A stretch of 248,000 bases of DNA from Hyalangium minutum (GTDB taxonomy: Bacteria > Myxococcota > Myxococcia > Myxococcales > Myxococcaceae): positions 20,001 through 268,000 of the forward strand of contig NZ_JMCB01000001.1 in NCBI RefSeq assembly GCF_000737315.1. Reading direction: 5' to 3'. The translations under genes and the position numbers were made by a program. Below the pieces are notes generated by a model. It had not been told where the DNA came from and did not search any database. It worked only from the letters and a program-made list of their open reading frames with translations. Below, in pieces: positions 29,144 to 39,008 of the stretch. The stretch's first letter is position 1, and each line of letters opens with the position of its first letter.

Positions 29144-30463
29144 TCACCCGGCCAGGGAGAGGACCCGGACACCCAGCTGGCCCTCGACTTCGACCAGCTC
29201 GCCCCGAGCCACCACCTTGCCATTGACGGACAGCTCCACTGGCTCGCCGGGCGAGCGGTGAAGCTCGATGACTTGTCCCACCTTCAACGCCACCACCTCG
29301 TCGGCGGTAACGGGAACCCGGGCCAGTTCCACGGCGAGCTGCAGCGGGATGTCAGCCAGCAAGTCGCCTCCCTCCGGCCTGTTCGCGTCGTCCATATTCC
29401 CTTCCGACTCCGGAGGCATCTCATTCTCCGGGTTGGTGAAAACCTCGTTGTCGTTGGCGGGGGGCAGGACGCGCTGGAAGTTCGGCTCGCCCAGGATGAA
29501 GTCCTTGACGCGCGCCTTGTACTGGCCGTCCTCGACGAAGACCTCTGCCTCCACTCGGGTGCCGCCCAGCCCCACGCGCAGCGTGGCCGTGCCTGCCTCA
29601 CCCCGGTCCGGACGGGTCGAGAGCGAGTCCAGCAGCACCACGTCCTTCACGCGGATGTACTCCAGATCGGAGCTGGCGATCTCCGCCTGGCCGATCTCCG
29701 CGCGCAGCCACGTGCGCACCGTGGACAGCAGCTTCCGGTTCATCCGGATGTCCGCGCGCAGGCGGCTGCGCTTCTCCGCGCCGCCACGCCCCTCTTCGGT
29801 GGCATTGAGCACCGCCGGAGGCATCACCACGCGCACGATGCCCGCGTGGGGCCCCACCGAGGCGTTCATCTGCACGACGACCACCAGCTCGTCATCCCCA
29901 AGCTTGGCGGCCACCTCGTCCACGCCCCGGGCGACGGACTCCAGCCGCATGCGCGGAAACGAAGCCTCCAGCGCGGGCGCCACGGCCTTGATGCCCTCGA
30001 GGACCACGAAGCTCATCACGCCTTCTTCGATGTCCGTCAGCGGCCGCAGGCCCACTGTCTCGCCCGCGCCACCCAGCAGCATGTCCACCAGGTTGTGGGC
30101 GAACGATAGCTCCACCTCCATCACCACCCGGCTCTTGAGCGCTCCGGGCGCGAGCACCGTCAGGAAGGAGGGCTCGCCCAGGTGGCGGCGCAGCTCCGCG
30201 ATGGGGCGGATCTGCATGCTCACGAGGGAGACGCGGGCCTCGGCGTCGAACAGCGCCTTGAGCCGGGCATAGAGGGGCTCAGCCGCGGTGGGAGACGGAA
30301 TGGCCCGGTGGAGGCGAGCCGTCAGCTCCGTCTGGGCGCGGTCCACGCGCTCCAGGTTGCGGAACTTGAACGGCTTCCAGGGCTTGGAGGGCTTTATCTG
30401 GCGGAGGTCCACCAGCATCGTTCGCTCGTGGATTCCGGGTTCATCATCCCGGCCAAGGCTCAT
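29144..30463 (-). CDS. sctQ: C-ring protein SctQ (FliM/FliN family)
   Basis: two SPOA domains; DIPLQLAVELAR..LSVNGKVVARGELVEVEG. Confidence 0.9.
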   Translation of the reverse strand: MSLGRDDEPGIHERTMLVDLRQIKPSKPWKPFKFRNLERVDRAQTELTARLHRAIPSPTAAEPLYARLKALFDAEARVSLVSMQIRPIAELRRHLGEPSFLTVLAPGALKSRVVMEVELSFAHNLVDMLLGGAGETVGLRPLTDIEEGVMSFVVLEGIKAVAPALEASFPRMRLESVARGVDEVAAKLGDDELVVVVQMNASVGPHAGIVRVVMPPAVLNATEEGRGGAEKRSRLRADIRMNRKLLSTVRTWLRAEIGQAEIASSDLEYIRVKDVVLLDSLSTRPDRGEAGTATLRVGLGGTRVEAEVFVEDGQYKARVKDFILGEPNFQRVLPPANDNEVFTNPENEMPPESEGNMDDANRPEGGDLLADIPLQLAVELARVPVTADEVVALKVGQVIELHRSPGEPVELSVNGKVVARGELVEVEGQLGVRVLSLAG

Positions 30464-31455
30464 GCCCGGGCCTCGAAGCGCAGATCTTCAAGCTTGAGGC
30501 CCCGGCCCTGCAGCGCACTCTTGAGGCCTTCGCTCTGCTCCTCGATCATCTTGAGCACGTCCCGATCGCTGCCGCTGAAGACGGCGGAGATCTTCCCGTT
30601 CTTCGCGCTGAGCTTGATGGACAAGCCGCTGAGGACGTTGCTGCGCAGGTCGATCTGGAACTCGGCCGCGCCCGCGCCGTTGGTGCCCACGCGGACCTTC
30701 TCGACGATCTTCTGGGCAATCTCGTTGGCGATGGCGCGCAGCCGGTCCGAGCCCGTGGTGGGCTTGGGCTTGGCCACCGGCACCGGAGCCATCAGCGCTG
30801 GGTTGAAGCGGAAGCCCGCCGCGGCCGCCGCATCCCCACCCTGCTTGCCGTCCTTGTTCCCACCGCCCTGCCCGCCGCCGGAGTCCGCGTCCGTCTTCAG
30901 AGCGCCCTTCTGGCCCGCGCGGCCGGCGCTGCGCAGATCCGAGGCCTGATCGTCCGCCTTGGCATCGCCCTCGGACCTCGCCTCGGAGGAGCGCGACTCG
31001 TGGAGAGACTCCGAGGACTCACGGCCGTGCTTGCGGTCCACCGCCATGGCCTGGCCCTGGGCGGTGTCGGAGGAGTGGCTCTCGGACATCTTCTCGGCCT
31101 CACCCGAGAGAGAGGACTCGACGCGCTCGTTGAGGGCCTTGGCGTCCTGGCGGCCCTGGGTCTTGCCCGTCTCCTGGCGCTGGCCGGTCTGCCGGGCGGC
31201 AGTGCCCTCCTGCTGGCTCGTCTCGGAGCCCTTGGCTTCCTTGGTGAGGCGCGCGAGCACCTGCGACCCCAGGCCCTGCTTCGTCTCCTGCTTCTGCTGG
31301 GTCTGGGCCTGCTGCGTCTGCGAGCTCTGAACCAGCTTGGAGAAGGCGTTCTCGCCCTGCCGGATCTGCTTGCTCTTGGCCTCGGCGCGCTGCTTCTCCT
31401 GCAGCAGGCGCTGGGTAATCTGGTCTGCCTGGCGATCGTCTTCGACTCGGCTCAT
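30460..31455 (-). CDS. needle-length ruler SctP / FliK-like
   Basis: low-complexity Q/S/E body with C-terminal T3S4-like domain (FQIDL..LSGLSIKL..SAVF). Confidence 0.7.
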   Translation of the reverse strand: MSRVEDDRQADQITQRLLQEKQRAEAKSKQIRQGENAFSKLVQSSQTQQAQTQQKQETKQGLGSQVLARLTKEAKGSETSQQEGTAARQTGQRQETGKTQGRQDAKALNERVESSLSGEAEKMSESHSSDTAQGQAMAVDRKHGRESSESLHESRSSEARSEGDAKADDQASDLRSAGRAGQKGALKTDADSGGGQGGGNKDGKQGGDAAAAAGFRFNPALMAPVPVAKPKPTTGSDRLRAIANEIAQKIVEKVRVGTNGAGAAEFQIDLRSNVLSGLSIKLSAKNGKISAVFSGSDRDVLKMIEEQSEGLKSALQGRGLKLEDLRFEARA

Positions 31456-31485
31456 CGCGGGACACCTACAAAGGGAGGAGAGAGG

Positions 31486-31974
31486 TTACTTGCGCTGACG
31501 GGCCTGGAACAAGGCACTGCCGATCTCTTCCTGCGTCATCTCCTCGCGCTGCTGGCGCTCGTACTTCACCTGCTTCTTCCAGTTCTCCTTATGCTTCTCG
31601 ATGGCCTTGAGCTCCTTGGCGGCCTCCGCCATCTCCCGACGGCGCTGCTCCACCAGCTTCTCGGCCACCTTGACCGCTTCTTTTTGACGCTCGATGTCAA
31701 GCGCCACCTGCGCCTCCTCGTCCTTCAGGCGCTGCTCGAAGCGGCTCATCATGTTCATGCCGTTGATGCCGGCGCCCTTGGCCATCACCTCGTTGAGGTA
31801 GGCCATGACCTTCTGCTTGCGCTCGGCCTTGCGGCGCGCCAGGTCCTCCTCGAGGCGCTTGAGCTCCTGCTTCTCCTTCTCCAGCGCCTTGATGGCCGCG
31901 GAGAAAGCCTGTTCAGCCTCCTCCTTGGCGCGGGTGCGCATCTCCAGGAGGGTCTCTAAGCGGTACTGGGGCAT
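31486..31974 (-). CDS. stalk SctO / FliJ-like
   Basis: YRLETLL, coiled coil, directly after the ATPase. Confidence 0.75.
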   Translation of the reverse strand: MPQYRLETLLEMRTRAKEEAEQAFSAAIKALEKEKQELKRLEEDLARRKAERKQKVMAYLNEVMAKGAGINGMNMMSRFEQRLKDEEAQVALDIERQKEAVKVAEKLVEQRRREMAEAAKELKAIEKHKENWKKQVKYERQQREEMTQEEIGSALFQARQRK

Positions 31975-32009
31975 GTGGCCCCCATCCTAACCCGGAAAAA
32001 CCGGTTTCG

Positions 32010-33317
32010 TCAGTCCTGGAAGAGGCCGATGAGCTTCTCGACGGTCTCCTCGAAGGGCGAGTTCGAGTGGGTGTCCTGCTTGAGGAAGTCGATGATCGCG
32101 TCGTACTTGTCGATGGCGTAGTCCGTCCGGGGGTCCGTGCCGTACTGGTAGGCGCCCAGGAGGATGAGGTCGCGCTGCTTCTCGTAGGTCGCGAGCGTCT
32201 CGCGCAGCTTGCCGGCCGCCTTCTTGTGATCCTTGGAGACGATGCCGCTCATCACACGGGAGAGGCTGGCCAGCACGTCCATGGCGGGCCACTGGTTGCG
32301 CTCGCCCAGGGCACGGTTGAGGATGAAGTGGCCGTCGAGAATACCGCGGACTTCGTCGGCGATGGGCTCTTCCATGTCACCGCCGGCCACGAGGCAGGTG
32401 TAGATGGCAGTGCACTTGCCCTTGTCCGAGTTCCCCGTGCGCTCGAGGATGCGCGGCAGCATGGAGAACACGCTGGGCGGGTAGCCCTGGCGGGCCGGGG
32501 GCTCGCCGATGGCCAGGCCGATCTCACGCTGGGCACGGGCGAGACGCGTCACCGTGTCGAGCATGAAGAGCACGTTGCCGCCGCGCTCTCGGAAGTACTC
32601 GGCGATGGCCGTGGCCACGTAGGCGGCGCGCAGACGCACCAGGCTGGGTTGGTCGGAGGTGGCGCACACCAGCACGGCGCGCTTCATGCCCTCCTCGCCC
32701 ATGGCGTCCTCGATGAACTCGCGGACCTCGCGGCCACGCTCGCCGATCAGCGCCACGACGCTCAGGTCCGCTTGGGTGTTTCGGGCGATCTGGCCCATCA
32801 GCGTGGACTTACCGACGCCGGAACCGGCGAAGAGGCCCACGCGCTGGCCCTCGCCCACCGTGAGCAGCCCGTCAATGCAGCGCACGCCCAAAGGCAGCGG
32901 CCGTTCAATTCTCTGGCGCTTGAACGGGTCCGGGCAGTCCCGGTCCACGCTCCAGTCAATCATGCCGTCCGGCATCGGCTTGCCGTCGATGGGCTCGCCG
33001 GTGCCGCCGAGCACGCGGCCCAGCAGTTGATCGCCGCACTTGATGGTGAGCGGCTTGCCGGTGGGAATCACCTCGCTGTCCGGGCCGATGCCCGACAGCT
33101 CGCCCAGGGGCATGAGCATCACCTCGTCGCCCTGGAAGCCCACCACCTCGGCCTTCACCTTGTTGGTGCGGGCCTTGATGTAGACGACCTCGCCCACGCG
33201 GACGTTGGGCACGCTGGCCTTGATGACCAGGCCCGTCAGCTCCGTCACGCGGCCTCGCACGCGGATGAGCGAGGCCTCCTTCAGCAGGGAGTAGTAGTGC
33301 GAGAGGTCGATCGCCAT
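32010..33317 (-). CDS. sctN: T3SS ATPase SctN (FliI family)
   Basis: FAGSGVGKST, IGERGREVREF, EPPARQGYPPSVF. Confidence 0.95.
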   Translation of the reverse strand: MAIDLSHYYSLLKEASLIRVRGRVTELTGLVIKASVPNVRVGEVVYIKARTNKVKAEVVGFQGDEVMLMPLGELSGIGPDSEVIPTGKPLTIKCGDQLLGRVLGGTGEPIDGKPMPDGMIDWSVDRDCPDPFKRQRIERPLPLGVRCIDGLLTVGEGQRVGLFAGSGVGKSTLMGQIARNTQADLSVVALIGERGREVREFIEDAMGEEGMKRAVLVCATSDQPSLVRLRAAYVATAIAEYFRERGGNVLFMLDTVTRLARAQREIGLAIGEPPARQGYPPSVFSMLPRILERTGNSDKGKCTAIYTCLVAGGDMEEPIADEVRGILDGHFILNRALGERNQWPAMDVLASLSRVMSGIVSKDHKKAAGKLRETLATYEKQRDLILLGAYQYGTDPRTDYAIDKYDAIIDFLKQDTHSNSPFEETVEKLIGLFQD

Positions 33318-33321
33318 GGGG

Positions 33322-33999
33322 TTACGCCGGTCCTTCCTTCTTCCCGTTGGGATCGGGCAGCAGCACGTTCTGCAGCATCTCGAACTGCGTGGGCAGCTGC
33401 GCGTCGATGGTGCCGAACTCCGTCTGGACAATGCAGCCCACCGGGGCCACGTCCTGGTCCTCCCGGATGGCCAGGTCCACCGCCCGGCCAATGAGCTCCA
33501 TCAGCTCCGGCTTGCGGGAGCGCAGCACCTGCGCCGTTTTCGGGTGCACCCGCAGGATCATCGAGCGCGCGCTGCGGATCTGCTCGATGGCGGTGGCGCA
33601 CATCTCCATCATCAGCTCGGGCTGCCGCTCGATGTCCCGGCCGATGATCTTCTCGGCAATCTTGCACGCCAGGGCGATGACGTCCTTCTCGTTGCCAGCC
33701 AGCATCTCCCCGGCCTGCATCTTGGCGCGCAGCAGCACCTCGGAGGCCTGGGCAAGCCCCTCCTGGCGGCCCTGCTCGCGGGCCTTGGCGAGCACCTCCT
33801 CACGCTCGCGCTGGGCCTCCGCGAGGATGCGCTCCTTCTCCTTGTTCGCCTCCTCGATAATCCCCTGGGCGGACTGGCGCGCATCGAAGATCTCGGCGTT
33901 CATCACGCCAGCGCGCGTGGGACGCGGTGCCATGGGGCGCTCGGCGGCACCCGCAAGCTCCCCAGACCCGTCACCTTTGATCACCTTGCCGATCGCCAT
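33322..33999 (-). CDS. sctL: stator SctL (FliH family)
   Basis: AxxxG repeats; GCIVQTEFGTIDA. Confidence 0.85.
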   Translation of the reverse strand: MAIGKVIKGDGSGELAGAAERPMAPRPTRAGVMNAEIFDARQSAQGIIEEANKEKERILAEAQREREEVLAKAREQGRQEGLAQASEVLLRAKMQAGEMLAGNEKDVIALACKIAEKIIGRDIERQPELMMEMCATAIEQIRSARSMILRVHPKTAQVLRSRKPELMELIGRAVDLAIREDQDVAPVGCIVQTEFGTIDAQLPTQFEMLQNVLLPDPNGKKEGPA

Positions 34000-34023
34000 G
34001 GACAGCTCCTTGACGGCTGGATG

Positions 34024-35784
34024 CTAGCGCGATCCCCCGCGAGGTCCACGCCCCGAGTTGCCCCCAGAAGGGGGCCGGGTGGGCCGCTGGCCGCCTGCTC
34101 CCCCGCCGCGTGAGGCCAGGGACGGCCGGGCTGCCGTCTTTCCCGAGAGGACCCGGGGCGGACGCTCCGGTTCGTTTGTAAGTGAACTGCTCACCCCCGT
34201 CCCTCGGCTGCGGACACCCGGCGAGGAAATGACGCGAGAGCCATCCGGGTCCATGGGGGCCGGCGGCCGGTCGGCCATGCGCGGAGGAACGCGAGCGGGA
34301 GGCACTCCGCGCGGATCCCCTTCACGCGGCCGGGAGGGCGCACCCGCCTCGGGCGGAGGCCGGCGAGAGCCCGCACGGGAGTTCTCGACCTCAGGAGGAG
34401 GCTGACGGGAGCCGACGCGAGAGGCCTCTCTTGAGGGCGGAGGGCCCACCCGGGCGCCCCCGGGCTCCGGCGGCACGCCCTGTGAGTCTTTCCGCGGCCC
34501 CACGCGCGCGTTGCGCGAGAGCGCGGGTGGATCGTCGTCGATGGGAGGACCGATGCGAGAGGGCTCGCGCGAGGAGAGCGCTCCGGCTCGGCGAGCAGCG
34601 CGCTCGGCCATGGGATCCCGGCGGACGCTGCTGTCCCCGGAGTTGGCGCCTCCCGTGGGCCCCGCGAATCCCGCGCGCCGGGCCTCGCGCTCGGCCATGG
34701 CATCCCGGCGGGGCGCAGGCGGCGGCTGGACGACGTTGGAGCGCTCCTGGCCTCCAGGGGGCGGACGCGCGGGAGGTGGCTCGCGGCTGGGAGGCGCGCC
34801 ACGCATGGGTGGCGGGTTGAGCGCCGGACGCTGCGGGGTGAGCCGCACAGGGCGCTCGATGAGGCCTCGGGCGGCCAGCCGCTCCAGATCCGCGACGATG
34901 TCGGCACGGCCGCCGTCCGTCACACGAGAGGCGGGCTTGGAGCGCTCGTCGCGAACCCACTTGGCCAGCAGGCTCCCGAAGTCCCCGCGGTGGCGCTCGA
35001 GCATGCGCGCGGCGAACTCCGCGGACTGAGACACACACGCACGAGCCAGGCGCTGGGTGCCCGCGCTGCGGATGGCGCCCGCCAGATTCTTCAGCCCGTC
35101 ATGGACGGCGAGCTGCTCCTTGGCCTCCTCTGAAGGCAGCTTACGTGGGGCGTTGGCCTGGACGGCCTTGGAGGCCAGGGACTTCATGTCCGGCGGAAGG
35201 GCGGCGATGAGCCCCTCGCGCTGCGCATCCTCGAGCCCGGCCATCGCCGGCCCCAGCACGCGCGCGCCGAGCCGATCACACACGGTGAGCAGCTCACGCG
35301 GCTGCAGCATGAGCACATCGGTGAACTTGAAGGCGGCCTGGGAGCCGGAGCTGTGCTTGAGCCGCTCCTCGAGCTTCCAGCGGATGATGTCCAGCACCTG
35401 CGGACGCACCTCGCGGGAGAGCTTCACTGGGCGCTGCGGCAGGTGGGCACGCACGGCCTCGGCCAGCACGGAGGGCAAGGCCCGGAGCACCACCTCGGCC
35501 AGCGCGCCGCGCTCCTTCTGGATGAGGGCAGCCAGCTTCTCCGGCTCGGCGTTCCAGAGCTGGCCGCGCCGGTCCTTCACCAGCTTCTTGATCTCCTGCA
35601 CGAGAAACGGAATCCGCTTCTCACGCGGGATGTGCATGATCTCCTGCGCGCGGTGGAGCAACAGCTCCCCGTCCTCCGGCGCGAGGTGCTCGAGCGCGGC
35701 GACGCCCTCCTGACCGCCGAAGGTGATGGCGGTCAGCAGCAGCATCGTCTGGCGCTTGTTGAGCGAGGTGAAGAATTGATCCAA
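34024..35784 (-). CDS. SctK/FliG-position protein with long Pro/Arg-rich tail
   Basis: helical N-terminal ~320 aa then ~260 aa low complexity; lies between sctJ and sctL. Confidence 0.55.
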   Translation of the reverse strand: MDQFFTSLNKRQTMLLLTAITFGGQEGVAALEHLAPEDGELLLHRAQEIMHIPREKRIPFLVQEIKKLVKDRRGQLWNAEPEKLAALIQKERGALAEVVLRALPSVLAEAVRAHLPQRPVKLSREVRPQVLDIIRWKLEERLKHSSGSQAAFKFTDVLMLQPRELLTVCDRLGARVLGPAMAGLEDAQREGLIAALPPDMKSLASKAVQANAPRKLPSEEAKEQLAVHDGLKNLAGAIRSAGTQRLARACVSQSAEFAARMLERHRGDFGSLLAKWVRDERSKPASRVTDGGRADIVADLERLAARGLIERPVRLTPQRPALNPPPMRGAPPSREPPPARPPPGGQERSNVVQPPPAPRRDAMAEREARRAGFAGPTGGANSGDSSVRRDPMAERAARRAGALSSREPSRIGPPIDDDPPALSRNARVGPRKDSQGVPPEPGGARVGPPPSREASRVGSRQPPPEVENSRAGSRRPPPEAGAPSRPREGDPRGVPPARVPPRMADRPPAPMDPDGSRVISSPGVRSRGTGVSSSLTNEPERPPRVLSGKTAARPSLASRGGGAGGQRPTRPPSGGNSGRGPRGGSR

Positions 35785-35857
35785 ACCGGTTCACCTCGAG
35801 GGACGCAGGTCCCGGGGTTCGAAGCAGAGAGCCTCAGAGCCTAACGCTGCCCGCGCC

Positions 35858-36643
35858 TCAGCGGCGGGCCGGACGCGCGTCGCCCGAGCCTCCGCGCATG
35901 AGTACCCAGGCCGAGAGGCCAATCATGGCCAGGACGAAGATGGAGACAATGCCCACGAGCACGCGGAACTGGCCAGCGCTGGCCGCCGTCATGCGCAGGC
36001 CGAACACGTCCTGCAGCCGGCTCTCCGGGTTGGTCTCCGCCGAGGGAGGCAGGCCCGGGGTGAGCAGCACCGTCACGCGGTCCGGCTTGAGCTCCTGCAC
36101 CGCGGAGCTGACGAAGGTCTGCACATCCTTCTCCGTCACCGGCGGCTTGCCCTCGAGGCTTGGGCGGTAGCGGATCATCACCGAGGCCGACGGCATCGGC
36201 TTGTTCTCCGGCTGCGTCAGGTCATTCGTCTCCGGGATGTTGACGATGACGTTGGACTCCAGCACGCCGTCGACCTTGTTCAGGGCGTTGGAGATCTCGC
36301 CAGCAATGGCCTTGAGCATCATCGCGCGCTCTTCTGCGGCGGTGGGCACCATGCTGCCCTTGGCGAAGTGGTTGAAGCCCTTCTCCATGGGGCGCGGCAG
36401 CGAGTTGGCGCGCAGCAGCTCCGCGGCCTGAGCGGCGTCGGACTTCGGCACCTGGATGGTGAAGCGCATGTCCGTGCCTTCACCCGCCGCGACCTTGGTG
36501 GCGTTGATGCCGTTCTTGCTGAGCAGAACGTAGATCTCGTTGGCGTCCTCTTCCGTGAGGCCGTGCTGCAGTTCAATGGAGCAGCCCGTCACGAGGAGCA
36601 GGGCCAACAAGGGAAGGAGGCGGGTGGACGATCGATGAGTCAT
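35858..36643 (-). CDS. sctJ: inner-membrane ring lipoprotein SctJ
   Basis: lipobox VTGC; LQHGLTEEDANEI..LL..NGI; MPSASV. Confidence 0.9.
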   Translation of the reverse strand: MTHRSSTRLLPLLALLLVTGCSIELQHGLTEEDANEIYVLLSKNGINATKVAAGEGTDMRFTIQVPKSDAAQAAELLRANSLPRPMEKGFNHFAKGSMVPTAAEERAMMLKAIAGEISNALNKVDGVLESNVIVNIPETNDLTQPENKPMPSASVMIRYRPSLEGKPPVTEKDVQTFVSSAVQELKPDRVTVLLTPGLPPSAETNPESRLQDVFGLRMTAASAGQFRVLVGIVSIFVLAMIGLSAWVLMRGGSGDARPARR

Positions 36644-36772
36644 GTGCGGGGCCTAGCTTAGCGGCGCGGCCTTGCCGTTCCAACATGGGGTCCGGAAAAC
36701 GTGGAAGGGCGATCCCCCCACTAAAGAGGGATCGCCCTTGGAAGCGCTGCCCGGATGAGGGGCAGGCAGCCT

Positions 36773-37324
36773 TTACACCTGGGTCTTGACCACGTCCTTG
36801 AGGCCGCTGGTGGCCTTCTCGACGACCTTCGACGTGAGGTCCAGCTCCTGGGTGTACTTGTACATGGAGGCCTGGAGCGAGAGCAGCTCCGAGTTGGAGA
36901 AGTTCTTCCCGCTCATGCCGGAGTTGATGAGCTTCTCCAGGTTCATCTGGCCCTTCTCCAGCGAGGAGACGACGCTGGAGACCATGGTGTTGGCCTTGCT
37001 CGTCTGCGCCTTCGCGTCCACCGGCTCCGCGGCCTTGGCGGTCAGCTGCTGGCTGTTGGCGCCGTTGACCTTGTTGAGGCCTGCCTTCTCCGTCTTGTTG
37101 ACGTCGTCGACCTTACGCGACGCGTCGACCTGCTGGGCCTTCTGCGTCTGCTGGACCGACTGCGCCTGCTGCACGCCCTGGGCCTGGTCAACGCCCTGAG
37201 ACTTGTTAGCGAGAACCCCGTCGAACTTCGAGGCTCCCTGCTTGTTCACCTGCTGCGCGCCCTGATCCTGCAGCTTCTGCTGCGCGATCTGTGCGGCCGA
37301 GATGCCTGCTGTCGGACCCGCCAT
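36773..37324 (-). CDS. inner rod SctI-like protein
   Basis: C-terminal ELLSLQASMYKYTQELDLTSKVVEKATSGLKDVVKTQV; directly upstream of sctJ. Confidence 0.7.
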   Translation of the reverse strand: MAGPTAGISAAQIAQQKLQDQGAQQVNKQGASKFDGVLANKSQGVDQAQGVQQAQSVQQTQKAQQVDASRKVDDVNKTEKAGLNKVNGANSQQLTAKAAEPVDAKAQTSKANTMVSSVVSSLEKGQMNLEKLINSGMSGKNFSNSELLSLQASMYKYTQELDLTSKVVEKATSGLKDVVKTQV

Positions 37325-38039
37325 GTGACTGCCTCCTTGCATCGTCGGAGGAAGCCGGGGCTTCCTCGTCGTCTAAAAGTTCCTTGAGCCGCTCGATGGC
37401 CCGCGCATGAAGCCGCGACGCCCAGCTCTTCGACTGCCCAATCTCCGCGCCCGCCTCTTCCAGCGTCTTCCCGTGGAAGTAGTACCCCTGCAGCAGCTGC
37501 CGCTCCTTCTCCGGGAGCTGATCGATCGCCGCCCTCACCCGCCGCTTCAGCTGCTCCATCTCCAGCCGCTGATCCGCCGGCAGAGACTCATCCACGTACC
37601 CCGACGCGTCCAGCCCTTCCAGGCTGGTGGCCAGCACCATGGCCAGCCCCGTCACCGCGTTGGAGATGTCATTCACATCATCGTCAAATGACCCTCCGCG
37701 GTTGCCTCCGCCCTGCTCGCGGTCCGACAAATTTCCAAGGTAAGCGGCCGCCCGTTCACCCACGAACGCGCCGCGCGCATCCGCGCCCTTCAACACCCCC
37801 ATTTTCCTCAGGCCGTCGAAAATGGCGCCCTTGATGCGGTAGTGGGCAAAGGTGAGGAAATTGGCTCCCACCTTGGGATCAAAGCGATCTGCCGCCTCGA
37901 GCAGACCGATCTGCCCGTAGGCCATCAACTCCTCGATCTCGAGCTGGGCGTTGAACTGCTTGCGGACAGTCGCTGCCAGCGACCGCACGTAAGGGCCGTA
38001 TTTCTCGAGGATCGCCTTCTTGTCGTCGCCGAAGCCCAA
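37206..38039 (-). CDS. FliA/WhiG (sigma28) family sigma factor
   Basis: GQIGLLEAADRFDP..F.TFAHYRIKGAIFDGLR; region 4 KTLEEAG..IGQSKSWASRLH; 3' end overlaps the sctI-like gene. Confidence 0.88.
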   Translation of the reverse strand: MGFGDDKKAILEKYGPYVRSLAATVRKQFNAQLEIEELMAYGQIGLLEAADRFDPKVGANFLTFAHYRIKGAIFDGLRKMGVLKGADARGAFVGERAAAYLGNLSDREQGGGNRGGSFDDDVNDISNAVTGLAMVLATSLEGLDASGYVDESLPADQRLEMEQLKRRVRAAIDQLPEKERQLLQGYYFHGKTLEEAGAEIGQSKSWASRLHARAIERLKELLDDEEAPASSDDARRQSHGGSDSRHLGRTDRAAEAAGSGRAAGEQAGSLEVRRGSR

Positions 38040-38046
38040 ACGCCGC

Positions 38047-38448
38047 TCACTCGGCCTTCGACCACAGCCGCTCAAGAACCTGGTTGAGCCGGGGATCCTC
38101 TTGGAGCGCGTCCGCGATCTTGCTGGAGAGCGCGGAGGACTTCATCCGGAGCTTCTCCTTGAGGACCTCAGCGACGAGGTGCTTCGTGGCCTCCTCCTTG
38201 TTCTTGAAGCCGCCGTTCTTGAGCTGCTTGGCGATGGCCATGGCCTGGGAGGAGATGGGATCCGCCGCCCGGGCCTGCTCGACATTGGAAGAGCCCACCA
38301 GCCCGGAGGGCCCCACCAGGGACTCGGCCTTGTCGACCTTGCCCCCGAAACTCGAACCACCCGCGGGAGCCTTGCCGGACGCACCCCTCGCGCCACCCGC
38401 ACGGCCCTTACCACCCCCGCGTCCTACGCCACCGACTGACATCGCCAA
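38047..38448 (-). CDS. hypothetical T3SS-cluster protein
   Basis: Gly-rich N-terminus, helical C-terminus; in operon. Confidence 0.6.
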   Translation of the reverse strand: MAMSVGGVGRGGGKGRAGGARGASGKAPAGGSSFGGKVDKAESLVGPSGLVGSSNVEQARAADPISSQAMAIAKQLKNGGFKNKEEATKHLVAEVLKEKLRMKSSALSSKIADALQEDPRLNQVLERLWSKAE

Positions 38449-38475
38449 GCCTCCTCAGCTCCAGCGCATTGTGCG

Positions 38476-38910
38476 CTACTTCTTCGGCGGAGGCAGCGCC
38501 CCCGCCTCTTTTGCATCGATGAGGGCACGCGCGAGCCGGGCGCCATCGCCCTCGGGCTCGAGATCCACCGCGGCCTTCAGTTCCTTCAGCGCTTCCGGGA
38601 CCTTGCCCATGAAGAGTAGCGCTTCGCCAGCGTGCGCGCGCGGCAGGGCGGAGTTCGGGGCCAGACGCTGGGCCGCCCGGTAGGCTTGCAGGGCCTTGTC
38701 GTGGCGCCCCTGGGCGAACTCCAGCGCGCCCAGCGCCAGCTGCGGCACCTCGCTCTTGGGCATCAAGGCCACGGCGCCGGTGAAGACGTCCTTCGCCTTG
38801 TCGTACTTGCCCATCTCCAGCCAGATGTAGCCGGCCTCGAGCAGGATCATCGCCTGCTGCTTGCCCACCGGGACGACGCTGCCAGCAATCTCCGACGCAG
38901 ACTCCGCCAT
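38476..38910 (-). CDS. TPR protein (YscG-like chaperone candidate)
   Basis: short TPR protein near the rod and needle-like genes. Confidence 0.65.
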   Translation of the reverse strand: MAESASEIAGSVVPVGKQQAMILLEAGYIWLEMGKYDKAKDVFTGAVALMPKSEVPQLALGALEFAQGRHDKALQAYRAAQRLAPNSALPRAHAGEALLFMGKVPEALKELKAAVDLEPEGDGARLARALIDAKEAGALPPPKK

Positions 38911-39008
38911 GAAGCGTGCTCTCCTGTGCAAGGGCCCGGAAGGAAGAAGGGGGGCAGTACCGCAGCCCCCCTTCCCACTCGGCGCCCGACCACCAACAGC
39001 TTAGCGGA

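Noticed and set aside
37206-37324. Frameshift in the sigma28 gene
   Set aside because: Regions 2 and 4 are intact and in frame; the overlap with the sctI-like gene is only a C-terminal extension
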